Below, one piece after another: positions 23,923 to 34,980 of a stretch of 64,000 nt of DNA. The first letter of the stretch is position 1. Each line of letters starts with the position of its first letter. A model generated the notes under the pieces. It saw only the letters and a list, made by a program, of their open reading frames with translations, ran no database searches and had not been told where the DNA came from. Location: the NCBI GenBank assembly GCA_014905635.1, contig JABVCE010000012.1:434001-498000 (forward strand), read 5' to 3'. This DNA comes from Scenedesmus sp. PABB004. Taxonomy: Eukaryota. The translations under genes and the position numbers were made by a program.

Positions 23923-25349
23923 ATGGCGGACTTTGCCGACGACGGCTTCGTGGAGGCTGTAGCGGTGGAAGAGGTGCGTGCACGGCGGGCCGCGCGTGGG
24001 TGGGCCATGCGGCACGTTCGCGTGCCCATCGCGCTGCACGGCAGCCGCACCGGCCCGCCGGCCTCGGCACCGGCCGTATCCCGCCCGTCTGAGCCTCCCG
24101 GGCGCACGCGTGCGGCCCAGGGACGGCCCCGGGCGGCGGGAGGCGGCTCCGCTCGCGGGCGCTGCTGTTGCCAGCGCCTACCCCCGCCGCCGCGCCGCCG
24201 CCGCGCCCCGCAGGCCGTGCCCGCCGCCGCCGGCGCGCCTGCCATGGACGTGAGAGCGCGGCGCGGCGCTGGGGCGGCGGCGCGGGCAGGCGCGCGGGGG
24301 GCGCGCCGACGCCGCCGCGCCGCGCGCCACACAGGACTTTGTCGCCGCCGCCGCGCCGCTCGACAACGGCAACGGCGCCGCCGAGGCGGACGAGGGGCTC
24401 TTCAGCAGCGGCGCCGTGCCCGCGGACGACCCGCCGGTGCGCGCGCGCGCGCGCGCGGGGGCGCGCGGGCGGCGCTTCGCCGCGCCGCGCCGCGCCCGAC
24501 CCCTGCCGCGCCGCGCCCGGCCCCTGCCGCGCGCACAGGCGCCGGTGCTGCAGGCCGGCGACCCGCGCATCGCCTGGGCGGCGAGCAACGCGGCCGCGCT
24601 CGCGGCGCGCGAGGCGAGCGAGGCGGAGAAGCGCGTCTCGACGCTCGCGGCGGCCAAGGAGTATCTGGACAAGGTCTACAAGGTGCGCCGGGCAGGGCTG
24701 GCCAGTCACACATGCGCGCACGTCAGCAGTGCTGCCCGCCTGCCAGGGCAGGCGCAGCGGGCGGCGCGCGAGGGGGCAGCCGCCCGCCGCGGGCGCCGCC
24801 GCCGACGCCGCGGCGCGCGGCCGCCGACGCCGCGGGCGCGCCGCGCAGGTGCGCGAGGTGCAGCTGTCGCAGCGCAAGAAGTCGAACCGCGAGGCCGAGG
24901 CGGTGGCGGGTGCGCGCGCGCGCGCCGCGGCCGGGCGCCGCCGCACCGGCCCCTGCTCCGCGCGCAGCGCCGCGCCCAGCGCCGGACGCCCCCCGCCCCG
25001 CCCGCGCAGGCGTCGCGGAGGGCGCGGTGCCCAAGGGCTCCACGCCTTGGGAGCGCGTGATCAGCGTGTGCAACTTCAACAGCGAGGCCCTGAGCAAGGA
25101 CCCGTTCAAGGAGATGAGCAGGTGGGCGGGCGGTGTGTGTGCGTGTGTGTGCGAGTGTGTTGTGTGGGGGGGGGGGGGGGGGCGGCGGGCCGGGCCGGGC
25201 AGGCACGCGGGAGGGCTGCACTGCGCGGCGCGGCGCGCGCCGTGCGCCACCTGGCCCCCCGGGGCCGTGCGACCGCGCCCGCGCGCCCGCGCAGGTACAA
25301 GGCGGTGCTGCTGGCGGCCAAGGCGGCCAACATCAGCGTCGGCGCGTGA
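23923..25349 (+). CDS. Clathrin light chain
   Basis: Spliced: MADFADDGF...DPRIAWAASNAAALAAREASEAEKR...AKEYLDKVYK|VREVQLSQRKKSNREAE...TPWERVISVCNF...KEMSRYKAVLL. Acidic N-terminus, central coil and WERV motif are typical of CLC. Confidence 0.8.
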
Positions 25350-25458
25350 CGCGGCGGCGGCGGCGGCGCGCCGGGGCGACCGCGCGGGGGCGGTGGGCGC
25401 GCGTCGAGCGAGTCGCGGCCTCGGTGTCTCCGCCCAGTGGTTACGGACTGACGCCAGC

Positions 25459-26132
25459 TCAGGCGGGCTGCGCACGGACCCACGCGACCACGGCCTCGGC
25501 GTCTGCGCGCGCGCCCAGCGCAACACACCCAGCTGCCCCCCCTCGGCTGCTGCGCTGCACACGTCCTCCAGGTCCAGCCCCTCGTCGCGTGCCCAGTCCA
25601 GCACAGGGACATGGCCGTGCTCCGCTGCTGGCCAGCACACGCCACTGTCCATGTCGCAGCCGGCGCCCCGCAGCCAGGCCAGCCCCGCCACGTCGCCGCA
25701 CGCGCCGCGCGCGCTGGCCAGCTGGTACTGCCGCCGCCTGTCGCCCCCCACCGCCCGCCGCGCCTCCTGCACCGCCGCGAGCGGCAGCTCGGGGCAGCGC
25801 AGCGAGACGACCGTGGCGCTGCGGAAGCGCTCGGCCGCCGCCTTGCAGACCAGCTTGGCGGCTCCGGCAGCAGGCTGGGCGCGGCGGGGCGGGGCGCAGC
25901 AGGCGGGCGGGGCGGCGAGCGGTCAGGCGGCGCCTGCTGCCGGCGGTGGTGGCTTGTGGGCAGCGCGTGCGGCGCCAGGCAGCAGCAGCCAGGGGCACCA
26001 GCGGCAGCAGCAGACCCACCTCGGCGCCGCCTCTGCCCCAGCCAGCGCCTCGCCTGCCGCCGCTGCGGCCGCCGCCGCCCGCGCGCGCGTGGTCGGCCCG
26101 GCGTGCCGCTTGCCCGCCGGCGCAGCAGACAT
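25459..26132 (-). pseudogene. F-box-like/ankyrin-like cassette E, internally deleted; cassette extends to about 26715
   Basis: Exon 1 is present (26132-26020). The F-box core is deleted near 25860 and the last repeats are deleted near 25497. Boundary motif at 26689-26715. Confidence 0.8.
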
Positions 26133-26943
26133 GGTGCCGCCTGACAGCCTGCGGGCCACTAGGGAGCAGCGGGCGGGGAGCCGGCAGCAGCGGGCGAGCG
26201 CGCGGGCGGCGTGAGCGCGGCAGCAGCAGCGCGTGGCGCCCGCCCCCGCCCCGGCGCGGCGGCGCGACGGCGGGCCCGCCAGCGGCGCCCGGGGCGCGCA
26301 GGCCCGGCGGCACACGCGACACGCCCGCCCGCCGCGCACCGCCGGTGCCCCGCCGCCCACAGCGGGCGCCGCGCTGCGGTCCGCCCGCCGCTGCCCTCCC
26401 CGCCTGCCCGCGCGCGCGCGGCTCGCCTGGCGCTGCGACGGGCGGCACGGCCTAGTCACCAGGCGCCCGCAGGTCCGCGTCCCGCCTGGCCAGGGCCGCG
26501 CGCCGCGCGCGAGGGGGCGGGTGCTGGGCGCCGGCGGCGGTGTGCGTGCGGGAGCTGTGTGGGGCGCGGCCGGCGCTCGTGTGTGTGTGTGCGTGGCAGG
26601 GGTGCTGAGGGCGCCGGCTGTGGGCGGCGGGGCGATGCGCGTGCGGGGGGCCTCCTCGGCGGCGCGGCGTGGGCAGCCGGCCGGGCGGCGCCTGCGCCCT
26701 GGGCCCTGCACCGCCGCTCGGCGCACCGTGCGCGGTCGGTTGCGCGTGCGCGCACCCCTACCGCCTCGCTCCCGGCGCCAGCACTCAATCGACAAGCACG
26801 CACACACACAGGGGTTCGAGCAGCGCGTCAAGCACAAACGACGACGACGACGATGGACCGATGTGCGCAAAGCCCCCCCGCGATCGACACAAACGTCCAG
26901 CTTCTGCGGCCACATAGACACCGACCACCTTTCGCTTATGTGG

Positions 26944-27140
26944 CCAAACGAACACCGACAGAACACCAGCCGCCCACCAAACACCCAGCCGACCGCCATC
27001 GCCAAACCAAACACTGACCGACTGCCAAACCACCGGCGACCAAACACCAACCGACCGCCAAACCACCGCCAAACCAACCACCAACCGACCGCCAGCCGAC
27101 CGCCAACGCCGAACCAACCACCAACCGACCTCCAGCCGAC
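26944..27140. repeat. A/C-rich degenerate short-unit repeat tract (CCAAAC/ACCGACC/CCAACC)
   Basis: Direct reading. The + strand is almost T-free and compositionally distinct from the flanks. Confidence 0.75.
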
Positions 27141-27179
27141 CGCGAGGCAACCCGCCGCCGCGCGCACGCGCCCGCCCCC

Positions 27180-28306
27180 TCACCTGAGCCGCGCGCCCGG
27201 CAGCGCCGCCGCGAGCGCCGCCGCGCCGGCCGCGGTGATGCTCGTCCCCCCGACGCGCAGCTCGGTGAGCGCCGTGAGCTGGGCGAGGAAGCCGACCAGC
27301 AGGTCGGTGACGCCGGCGTTGCCGCGCAGGCAGAGGCCGCGCAGCGCGCGCACCCGGCGCAGCGCCGGCACCAGCGCGGCATCGCCGACGCCCGCGCAGG
27401 GGAGCTCGAGCCGCGTGAGCGCGGGGCCGCCGAGCAGCGCCGCGTCGTCGCCGAGCGCGGCGCCGTCCCAGCTGAGGGCCTCGAGGCGTGGCAGCGACGT
27501 GACCGTGCGGAAGAGCCCCGCGCGCTGTGCCGCGCTCGCGGGGCGCAGCGCCACGTCGTTGAGCGCGACGGAGCGCAGCCCCGGCAGGCGCGCCAGCGCG
27601 GCCGCGAGGTCGGCGGGGCGCAGGGACATGCAGGAGAGCTTCAGCCGCGTCAGGCCGCGCAGCGCCGGCGCGGCGGCCGACAGGCGGGCGAGGTCGGCGC
27701 CGCCGCCGTCGCCGCAGCGCACGCCCCATGCCAGCTCGAGCGCCGCCACGGGCAGGCCGCCGCAGCGCGCGAGCGCCGCCGCGAGGCCGCCGCCGGCAGG
27801 GTCGCCCGCCTCGCTGTCGCCGGTGCCGTCGGCGGCCGCGGCGTCGGCGGCCGCAGCGCTGTCGGCCACGGCGCCATCGGCCGCGGCGCCGTCGGCCGCG
27901 GCGCCGTCGGCCGCGGCGCCGTCGGCCGCGGCGCCGTCGGCCGCCGCCGTCAGCTCGCCGCCGCTCGCGCTGCGGCTGTCGCCGCTGACGCTGCCGTCGC
28001 CGGCGTCGCCGCTCTGGGCGCCGCCGCCGCCGCTGCCCTCGCAGAGCGCAAACAGGTTGGCGGCCGCGAGCGACGGCAGGTGCGCGAGCGCGGCGAGCTG
28101 CTCCGCGCGGGCCTTGAATTCGAGCGCGCGCAGCGAGGCGAGGCCGGCCAGCGGCGCGGCGTCCTCGACGATGACCTCGTCGCCCAGCAGCAGCACCACG
28201 TTGGGCGGCAGCTCGCACCCCGCGCGCACCTGGCGTGGGGGCAGCGCGGCGCGGCGCGCGGGGGCAGCGCGGCGCGGCGCGCGTGGGCGCGCGCGCGGGC
28301 GGGGCA

Positions 28307-28397
<91 letters not shown>

Positions 28398-29284
28398 ACC
28401 TCGGCGTCGCTGCTGCGCACGGCGAGGCGCGTGAGCGCGGTGAGATGGGCCATCTGGAAGCACGGCGCCGCGGCCCACTCGCTGGCGGCGTCGAGGCGCG
28501 CGAGCGAGGCCGGCAGGAGCGCCTGGCAGCCCGGGGTGAGGCTGAAGCCCTCGAGGCTCAGCGACGTCAGGCCGCTCGCCCCCGCAAGCGCCGCCAGCAC
28601 CGCGCCCGCGGGCGCCGCGGGCAGGCCCGGCGGCTGCGCGAGCGCGAGCGCGAGCGCGCGCAGGCGCGGCAGGCGCGCGAGCGCCGCTGCGAGCTCCGGC
28701 AGGCTGGCGCCGCCGCAGGCGAGCTCCAGGCGCGAGAGCGCGCGCGCCGCGGAGGGCAGCGCGGCGGCCAGGCCGACGCAGGCCGCCGGCGCCCAGCAGG
28801 TCAGCGCGCGCAGGTGGCGCAGCTCGCCGGGCGGCGCGCCCGCGAGCGCGCCCCCGAGCGCCACGCCCGCCGCGCGCGCGTCCGCGGCGCTGGCGCACGC
28901 GGGCCGGAAGTCGAGCGCACCCAGGTGCGCCGCGTGGCGCACCACCCAGGCGGCGAGGCCGCGCGCCGTCGCGGCGCCGCCGGGATGGCAGGTCGCCGCG
29001 AGGCGGCGCCCGCCGCCGTCGGCGACGCTCGCCGCCGCGACGGCCGCCGCGGACCGGCTCGCCGCCAGCACCGCGCACAGCGTCGCCTGGCTTTCGCCCA
29101 GGTCGCTGTGCGCGAGCAGCAGGCCCAGGACCAGCAGCCCCGGGTCGGCCGCCGCGCCCGCGGCGCCGGCGGGCGGCGTGCCGCCCGCCCGCTGCTGCTG
29201 CGCCCCCGCGTCGTCGCCGCCGTCGTCGACGGTCGCACCAGCCTCGCTCCCGCCTAGTGGCGCCTTCTTAGGCCCCCCCGTCAT
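27180..29284 (-). CDS. Leucine-rich repeat (RNI-like) protein
   Basis: Exons 29284-28400 and 28229-27180. Repeated LxxLxxLxL motifs (LPRLRALAL, LTALTRLAV, LPGLRSVAL, LTALTELRVGGTSIT). Confidence 0.75.
28307..28395. repeat. (GGC)n microsatellite, about 29 units, intronic
   Basis: Direct reading; lies in the LRR gene intron. Confidence 0.95.
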
Positions 29285-29610
29285 GACGCGCCCGCGCGGC
29301 GGGCCGGGCCTGGCCTGCGGCAGCGGGCGCGGCAGCAGCGCCGGCAGCGGTCGGCACGCGCGTGCGCTGCTGCCGCTCTGCGCTCCTTGCGGCTCGCTCC
29401 ACGCGGCCTGAGCGCCGTCGCGAGGGCGCTGCGGCCCGGGCAGGGCGCGGCGCGGGCGGGGGAGGCGGCGCCGACTCGCCTGGCACGCCGCGCTGCGCGG
29501 GGTCGGGGCGGCCGCCTGCCATGCTCGCGCTAGCTAGGATGTGGGTGCTCTCCCTGGACAGCGGCAGGCAGCGCTGCGGCAGGCAGGGCGTTTCAAACCT
29601 GTGCCCCGCA

Positions 29611-31605
29611 CCGGGCGGCGCTCGCGCCCTGGGCCCTGCACCGCCGCCCGCGTGCCGCCGCTGCCGGACGGGCGCGGCGCGGCGACGTGCTGCCGCCGCC
29701 GCCAGCGGCGGGCGACGGCGCGGGAGTGCAACCCGCCCAGCTGCACTGCTCGCGCGGTCGGCCGGTTGCCAGCACGCGCGGCCTCGCCGCCGCCAACTCC
29801 CCTCTCCCTCCCCCTCGCCGCGCGCGCACGCACCACGCCGCAGGCAGCGCCCCGCGCACGCGCGCCCAGCCACGGGCCTGCCTAGCCCTGATCTCAGCCC
29901 GCGTCCGAGCTGAGATGATCAGACTCGTCAGTATCAGTCGTCCGGCGCCGCGGGCTGCGCCCGGATCCACGCGACCACGGCCTCGTGGCCCGCGCGTGCC
30001 GCCGTGCGCTCGCACAAATCGCGCCACCACGGGCAGCCGTTGGCGCGCAGCCAGCGCAGCACCTCCAGGTGCCCGTGCACAGCCGCAAACATGCACACCT
30101 CCCTATCCCACGGCGCGGGCTCGGCCTGGGCGCGCGCCCAGCGCAGCATCTCCACGTTGCCGCGCTGCGCAGCCCAGAAGCACACGACGTTGCCCCAGGG
30201 CAGCGGCGGCGTCTGCGCGCGCGCCCAGCGCAGCACTGCCAGCTGACCGCCCACGGCTGCGCCCGTGCACACGCTCCACAGCTCCAGCCCCTCGTCGCGC
30301 GCCCACTCCAGCACGGCGAGCTGGCCGGCGTGTGCTGCTGTCATGCACACGTTGTGGACCGCTAACCCACTGTCCATGACGCAGCCGGCGCCGCGCAGCC
30401 AGGCCAGCCCCGCCACGTCGCCGCACGCGGCACGCGCCCTGGCCAGCCGTGACTGCTGCCGCCCGTCACCCTGCACCGCCGGCCACGCCTCCTGCGCCGC
30501 CGCCAGCGGCAAGTCGGGGCAGCGCAGCGCGACACGCTTGGCGCTGCGAAAGCGCTCGCGCGCCGCCTTGCAGACCAGCTTGGCAGCCCACGCCTGCAGG
30601 GCTGGCGGCAGGAAGCTCAGGACGTGGAGCACGAGGGGCTCGGGCAGCTCTGGCAGCGCGCTGCTGGCGGCGGGGCGGGGCGGGGCGGGCAGGCGAGCGC
30701 GGTCAGGCGGCGCCTGCTGCCGGCGGTGGTGGCTTGTGGGCAGCGCGTGCGGCGCCAGGCAGCAGCAGCCAGGGGACACCAGCAGCACCGGCAGCGAACC
30801 CACCTCGGCGCCACCTCCGCCCCAGCCGGCGCCTCGGCTGCCGCTGCGGCCCGCCGCCGCCCGCGCGCGCGTGGTCGGCCCGGCGTGCCGCTTGCCCGCC
30901 GGCGCAGCAGACATGGTGCCGCCTGACAGCCTGCGCGCCACTAGGGAGCAGCGGGCGGGGAGCCGGCAGCAGAGGGCGAGCGCGCGGGCGGCGTGAGCGC
31001 GGCAGGAGCAGCAGCGCGCGGCGCCCGCCCCCGCCCCGGCGCGACGGCATGCCAGCGGCGCCCGAGGCGCGCAGACCCGGCGGCCCAGGCCACACGCCTG
31101 CCCGCCGCGCACCGCCGCTGCCCCCGCCGCCCGCGGCGGGCGCCGCGCCGCGGTCCGCCCGCCCGCCGCTGCCCTCCCCGCCTGCCTGCCCGCGCGGCTC
31201 GCCTGGCGCTGCGACGGGCGGCACGGCCTAGTCACCAGGCGCCCGCAGGTCCGCACCCCGCCTGGCCAGGAGCGCGCGCCGCGCGCGAGGGGGCGGGCGC
31301 TGGGCGCCGGCGGCGCGGTGCGTGCGGGCGCTGTGAGGGGCGCGGCCGGTGCTTGTGTGCGTGAAGGCAGGGCGCTGAGGGCGGCTGTGGGCGGTGGGCG
31401 GCGCGCAAGCGGGGGGGGGGTCCTCGGCGGCGGGCAGCCGGCCGGGCGGCGCCTGCGCCCTGGGCCCTGCGCCGCCGCCCGCGTGCCGCGGCTGCCGGGA
31501 CGGCGCAGCGCGGCGACGCGCCGCCGCCACCAGCACCTGGCGGTGGCACGGGAGCGTGCGCCGTGGCCCTGTGCGCGGCGTGCGCGGTCGGCCGGTTGCC
31601 CGCCC
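29611..31605 (-). mobile_element. Cassette F with boundary repeat at both ends
   Basis: Boundary motif at 31450-31476 and 29619-29645. Conserved leader and trailer are homologous to the A/B/C inter-unit DNA. Confidence 0.6.
29934..30914 (-). CDS. F-box-like/ankyrin-like repeat protein, cassette F; exon 1 is 1 nt longer, so it is in frame only if the intron is retained
   Basis: ATG at 30914. Exon 1 is 111 nt (phase 0 rather than 2). The unspliced ORF 30914-29934 is open. The C-terminal half is nearly identical to cassette B. Confidence 0.6.
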   Translation of the reverse strand: MSAAPAGKRHAGPTTRARAAAGRSGSRGAGWGGGGAEVGSLPVLLVSPGCCCLAPHALPTSHHRRQQAPPDRARLPAPPRPAASSALPELPEPLVLHVLSFLPPALQAWAAKLVCKAARERFRSAKRVALRCPDLPLAAAQEAWPAVQGDGRQQSRLARARAACGDVAGLAWLRGAGCVMDSGLAVHNVCMTAAHAGQLAVLEWARDEGLELWSVCTGAAVGGQLAVLRWARAQTPPLPWGNVVCFWAAQRGNVEMLRWARAQAEPAPWDREVCMFAAVHGHLEVLRWLRANGCPWWRDLCERTAARAGHEAVVAWIRAQPAAPDD

Positions 31606-31638
31606 GCCTGCCTGCCCTTGCGCGCGCGCGCGCGCGCC

Positions 31639-33028
31639 TCAAAACACCTCCACGCCGACGCCGTCGCTCTCGTCGTCGCTGTCGTGCTGGTGCGCCGCGC
31701 TGCCGCCGTCGTCGCTGTCGTCGTCGTGCGCGCCCGCGGCGACGACGCGCGGCTGCGGCTGCGCGGGCGCCGCTGCCGCCGCCGGCGCTGCCGCCGCTGC
31801 CGCTCCCTGCGGCGACGCCCCTCCAGGTCCTCCTCCTCCTGCTGGTGCTGCTGCTGGTGGTCTTGCTGCTACTGCTGGTGCTGCTGGTGCTGCTACTGGC
31901 CGCGCCGGCGCCGCAAAGGAGTTCCACGGGTCGTCCTCCTCCTCCTCCTCCTCCTCCTCGGCCTCTGTCTGCGCCGGCTGCTGCTGCTGCTGCTGCTGCT
32001 GCTGCACGGGCTGCTGCGGGGCCAGCTGTGGCTGCTGTGGGGCCAGGTGCTGCGGCGCCGGCTGTGGCTGCTGCGGGTGCTCCGGCTGCTGCGGCTGCTC
32101 CGGCTGCTGCGGCGCCGGCTGCCACGCCGCGTCGGCGCTCGCGCCCGCGCCGGCGTCGGCCGCGAACAGCGCCTCGTCGAGCGCGTCGTTCAGGTCCTGG
32201 TCGATGTCTGCCGCCGCCCCCGCGCCCGCGCGGCGGCCGCCGCCGCGCCGCGCGCCGCGCCGCGCGCCGCCGCGGCGGCGGCGGCCTGCGCCGCGAGCGC
32301 GGCGGGCGCGCCGGGGTGGGTGGGCTCCATGTTGTAGCCAACGATGTCGGGCACGCCGGGGCGGTGCCTGCGCGCGGCGCGGCGGCGCGGGGGCGAGGGG
32401 ACGGCGCGGCGAGGCGGGCGCGGGGCGCGGGGGCGGAGGTTGGAAGGCTGCAGGCGCGCCGGCGGGCGTGGAAGGGGCTGCGGCGCGCGGCGCCGGCGCG
32501 TGCGCAGTCGGCAGCGGCGGCGGCGCGTGCGCAGTCGGCAGCGGCGGCGGCGCGGGGCACGCCGCACTTTGCCCGCACGACGCCCTGCACCAGCTGCAGC
32601 GTCCAGGCCTCGCCGTCGTAGACGGCCACGCAGTCCGCGTCGCCGCCGGGCTGCTTGTGGGCCGTGAGGTCGACGAGGCCGTCGTAGTGGAACGGCGCCT
32701 CGCCGTCCGGCAGTTCGGGGATTATCTTCACCTGCGCGCCCCGCCGCGCCCCAGGGCGGCGGCATGAGGCGCAGCCGCGCCCTCTCCGCGCCTGGCCGGG
32801 CGGGCAGCGCCGCACGCAGCGCGCGGCGGCGCCTGCGAGGCGCAGCACCTGCTCCTGCTGCTCGCCGAACAGCAGCAGGTCCGCCTGCGCCGCGCGGTGC
32901 ATGCTGTCGGGCTTGAAGTCGTAGCTGAAGGTGTAGTAGCCGTCGGGCGTGGCCTCGCCGCCGGGGAGCAGCGTGGCGCCGAGCCGCAGCGGCCTGTCCG
33001 CCGCCAGCTCCTGCGCGAGGCCCGCCAT
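31639..33028 (-). CDS. ELL-associated factor (EAF)-like transcription elongation protein
   Basis: LRLGATL...GYYTFSYDFKPDSMH...FHYDG...DCVAVYDGEAWTLQLV resembles the EAF domain (YDFKPxS), followed by Gln-rich and acidic low-complexity tail. Multi-exon. Confidence 0.65.
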
Positions 33029-33079
33029 GGCTGCGCACCCGCTCTGCCGCGGCGGCTGGGAGCGGCAGGTGTGGGCGAC

Positions 33080-34940
33080 GCGCGTGGGGGCCTCCTCGGC
33101 CGCGCGGCGCGGGCAGCCGGCCGGGCGGCGCCTGCGCCCTGGGCCCTGCACCGCCGCCCGCGTGCCGCGGCTGCCGGGACGGCGCGGCGCGGCGACGTGC
33201 CGCCGCCAGCGCCCAGCGACGGCGCGGGAGCGCGACCCACCCAGACACGCTGCGTGCGCGGTCGGCCGGTTGCCAGCGCGCGCCGCCTCGCCGCCGCCAA
33301 CTTCCCCCTCCCTCGCACCACACGCGCGCGCGCGCACCAGGCCGCAGGCAGCGCCCCCCGCACGCACGCCCAGCCATTGGCCTGCCTCGCCTCGCCCTAA
33401 TCTCAGTGCGACCGAGCTGATTTGATCGGAACCGTCAGAGTCAGAGTCAGTCGTCCGGCGACGCGGGCTGCGCTCGGATCCGCGCAACCATGGCCTCGCG
33501 GCCGTTGCGCGCCGCCTCGTATTCGCACATGGCGCGCCGCCACGGGCAGCCGCTGCCGCGCAGCCAGCGCAGCACTTCCAGGTGCCCACGCGCTCCCACA
33601 TATTGGCACGTCCAGACACTCCAGGGCGCGGGCTCGGCCTGGGCGCGCGCCCAGCGCAGCGCCTCCAGGTCGCCGCGCCGTGCAGCAAACCAGCACTCCA
33701 TGCCGCCCCATGGCAGCGGCGGCGTCTGCGCGCGCGCCCAGCGCAGCACATCCAGCTGCCCGAGCATGGCTGCGTCGAGGCACACTTCACACATGTCCAG
33801 CCCCTCGCGCCGCGCCCACTCCAGCACGGCGAGCTGGCCGGCACCTGCTGCCGTGGAGCACATGCCACAGTCCATGTCACAGCCGGCGCCGCGCAGCCAG
33901 GCCAGCCCCGCCACGTCGCCGCACTCCGCGCGAGCATTGGCCAGCTGGTTCTGCCGATCCACATCACCCCCGACTGCCCGCCACGCCGCCTGCACCGCCG
34001 CCAGCGGCAGCTCGGGGCAGCGCAGCGAGACGACCGTGGCGCCGCGGAAGCGCTCGCGCGCCGCCTTGCAGACCAGCCTGGCGGTCCACGCCCGCAGGGA
34101 CGGCGGCAGGAGGCTCAGGACACGGAGCACGAGGGGCTCGAGCAGCTCTGACAGCAGGATGCTGGCGGCGCGCGGGGCACGGCGGGCGGGCGGTAAGGCG
34201 GCGCGTGCTGAGAGGGCGGTGGTTTGTGGGCAGCGCCCGCCTGGCCAGGCAGCCCCGGCCAGGGACGCCTTGGCGGCAGCAGCAGCGGCCCACCTCGCGT
34301 CAGCGTCCTCCGCCAGCGCCAGACCGCTGAGCGAATGCTCTACCGCCGAGGCCATGGCGCCAACCTGACAGCCTGCGGGCCACCAGGGGGCAGCATGCAG
34401 GGCACCGGCAGCAGAGGGCGAGCGCGCGGGCGGCGTGAGCGCAGCAGCAGCAGCAGCGCATGGCGCCCGCCCCCGCCCCGGCGCGGCGGCGCGGCGGCGG
34501 GCCTGCCAGCGACGCCCGAGGCGCGCAGGCCCGGCGGCACACGCGACACGCCCGCCCGTCGCGCACCGCCGCTGCCCCCGCCGCCCGCAGCGGGCGCCGC
34601 GCAGCGCGGCCCGCCCGCCGCCACTGCCCTCCCCGCCTGCCCGCGCGCCCGGCTCGCCTGGCGCTGCGACGGGCGGCACGACCTAGTCAACAGGCGCCCG
34701 CAGGTCCGCGCCCCGCCTGGCCAGGGGCGCGCCGCGGGCGGGGCCGGGCGCTGGGCGGCGGCGGTGCGGCGCGTGCGGGCGCTGTGAGGGGCGCGGCCGG
34801 CGCTCGTGTGCGTGTGTGGCAGGGGCGCTGAGGGGGGCGGCTGTGGGCGGCGGGGCGGCGGGCGTGGGAGGCGTCCTCCCTCAGCGGCGGCGCGGGCAGC
34901 CGGCCGGACGCGGCGCCTGGGCCCTGGGCCCTGCACCGCC
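33080..34940 (-). mobile_element. Cassette G with boundary repeat at both ends
   Basis: Boundary motif at 34914-34940 and 33129-33155. The trailer matches the A-B and B-C spacers. Confidence 0.6.
33447..34355 (-). CDS. F-box-like/ankyrin-like repeat protein, cassette G (intact, alternative exon 1)
   Basis: Exons 34355-34294 (MASAVEHSLSGLALAEDADA) and 34161-33447; phase-2 intron. Confidence 0.8.
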   Translation of the reverse strand: MASAVEHSLSGLALAEDADARWAAAAAAKASLAGAAWPGGRCPQTTALSARAALPPARRAPRAASILLSELLEPLVLRVLSLLPPSLRAWTARLVCKAARERFRGATVVSLRCPELPLAAVQAAWRAVGGDVDRQNQLANARAECGDVAGLAWLRGAGCDMDCGMCSTAAGAGQLAVLEWARREGLDMCEVCLDAAMLGQLDVLRWARAQTPPLPWGGMECWFAARRGDLEALRWARAQAEPAPWSVWTCQYVGARGHLEVLRWLRGSGCPWRRAMCEYEAARNGREAMVARIRAQPASPDD

Positions 34941-34980
34941 ACGGCAGTTGCCCGGCGCGCCCGCGCCCCGCGCCGCGCGG

